Shown: positions 25,637-26,260 of the stretch, one piece after another | Layout of the letters: every line of letters begins with the position of its first letter | How positions within the stretch are numbered: position 1 is the first letter of the stretch | Source: a virus | Lineage: Duplodnaviria; Caudoviricetes | Length of the DNA stretch: 26,260 bases | IMG/VR virus record: IMGVR_UViG_3300005805_000413 | Coordinates: 1-26,260 of that record | Reading direction: 5' to 3' (one strand) | The notes under the pieces: generated by a model | The model's database searches: none | Told to the model about the DNA's origin: nothing | What the model saw: only the letters and a program-made list of their open reading frames with translations | Position numbers and translations under genes: made by a program

Positions 25637-26260
25637 ATGGCAGATCCAAAAATTAGGATTAAGAGATCTTCTGTATCTGGAAAAATACCAACACCAGATC
25701 AGCTTCCTTTAGGAGAAATAGCTCTTAACACCTATGATAAGAAAATATTTGCGTCTGCCGATGTAGGAATAGGAACCACAGTTTTTGCAATTAATCCTTG
25801 GAGTGTAGGAGTAGGAACTGCTGCATACGACACTTATTTTACTGTAGGTAATGTTGGTATAGGAACTGATATACCAACTCAAGATTTGGATGTTAATGGA
25901 AACGTAAGAATACGTGGTGGTTTATATGATAATAACAATAATGTTGGATCAGCATCTTCCGTTTTAGCATCTACTGGTAGTGGTATTAGATGGGTCCCCT
26001 CAACATCTGGTCCTCAAGGTGAACAGGGCGTTCAAGGTACTCAAGGAACCACCGGAGATCAAGGAACTCAAGGTACACAAGGAACTCAAGGTACAACAGG
26101 ATCTCAGGGTACAACAGGTGCTCAAGGTGCTACTGGCACTCAGGGTACAACAGGTACTCAGGGTACAACAGGTACTCAAGGAACCACCGGAGATCAAGGA
26201 ACTCAAGGTACTACAGGTACTCAAGGTGCTACTGGCACTCAAGGAACTACAGGTACTCAA
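25637..26260 (+). CDS. Collagen-like tail fibre protein, 5' part (runs off the window; absent from the ORF track)
   Basis: 208 open codons: MADPKIRIKRSSVSGKIPTPDQLPLGEIALNTYDKKIF...NVGIGTDIP...then Gly-X-Y repeats; SD-like AGGA at 25624-25627. Confidence 0.88.
   Translation, partial: MADPKIRIKRSSVSGKIPTPDQLPLGEIALNTYDKKIFASADVGIGTTVFAINPWSVGVGTAAYDTYFTVGNVGIGTDIPTQDLDVNGNVRIRGGLYDNNNNVGSASSVLASTGSGIRWVPSTSGPQGEQGVQGTQGTTGDQGTQGTQGTQGTTGSQGTTGAQGATGTQGTTGTQGTTGTQGTTGDQGTQGTTGTQGATGTQGTTGTQ
26009..26260 (+). repeat. Collagen-like Gly-X-Y repeat (28 uninterrupted triplets, truncated)
   Basis: GPQ GEQ GVQ GTQ GTT GDQ ... GTQ, dominated by GTQ and GTT. Confidence 0.95.

Noticed and set aside
26000-26260. 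Minus-strand 86-aa Cys/Ser/Thr repeat ORF
   Set aside because: It is the antisense shadow of the plus-strand collagen repeat.
1-26260. Prophage, integrase, transposon or homing endonuclease
   Set aside because: No recombinase, HNH, GIY-YIG or intron/intein signature recognised; the tRNAs are not duplicated as att sites.

Overview
AT-rich, all plus-strand segment of a T4-like cyanomyovirus genome (Kyanoviridae-like; inferred from a phage-type cp12, TAAATA late promoters and gene order). Layout: (1) 1-9536, baseplate hub/spike module with a gp27-like hub, cp12, a gp5 OB-fold protein, a 1342-aa protein with four PA14-like modules, a gp5C-like protein and two paralogous HP/LEGPE-domain proteins; (2) 9533-11554, a sigma70-driven island with small ORFs, tRNA-Leu(UAA), tRNA-Thr(UGU), a Mom-like DNA-modification gene and a candidate ~50-nt sRNA; (3) 11599-26260, late tail-fibre/adhesin genes, ending in a collagen-like fibre gene that the ORF track omits. 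Top observation: a promoter-to-terminator unit at ~11505-11554 whose 5' single strand (GTGTGAAGGAAGT) is the reverse complement of the cyanobacterial Yfr1 sRNA motif ACUCCUCACAC with two bulged As, a possible phage-encoded Yfr1 sponge. Also notable: a DAGSF/gp37N-like segmented fibre chain, host-type promoters written into gene 3' ends, and late promoters placed in terminator hairpins. All family calls come from motif recognition by eye; no database search was run.
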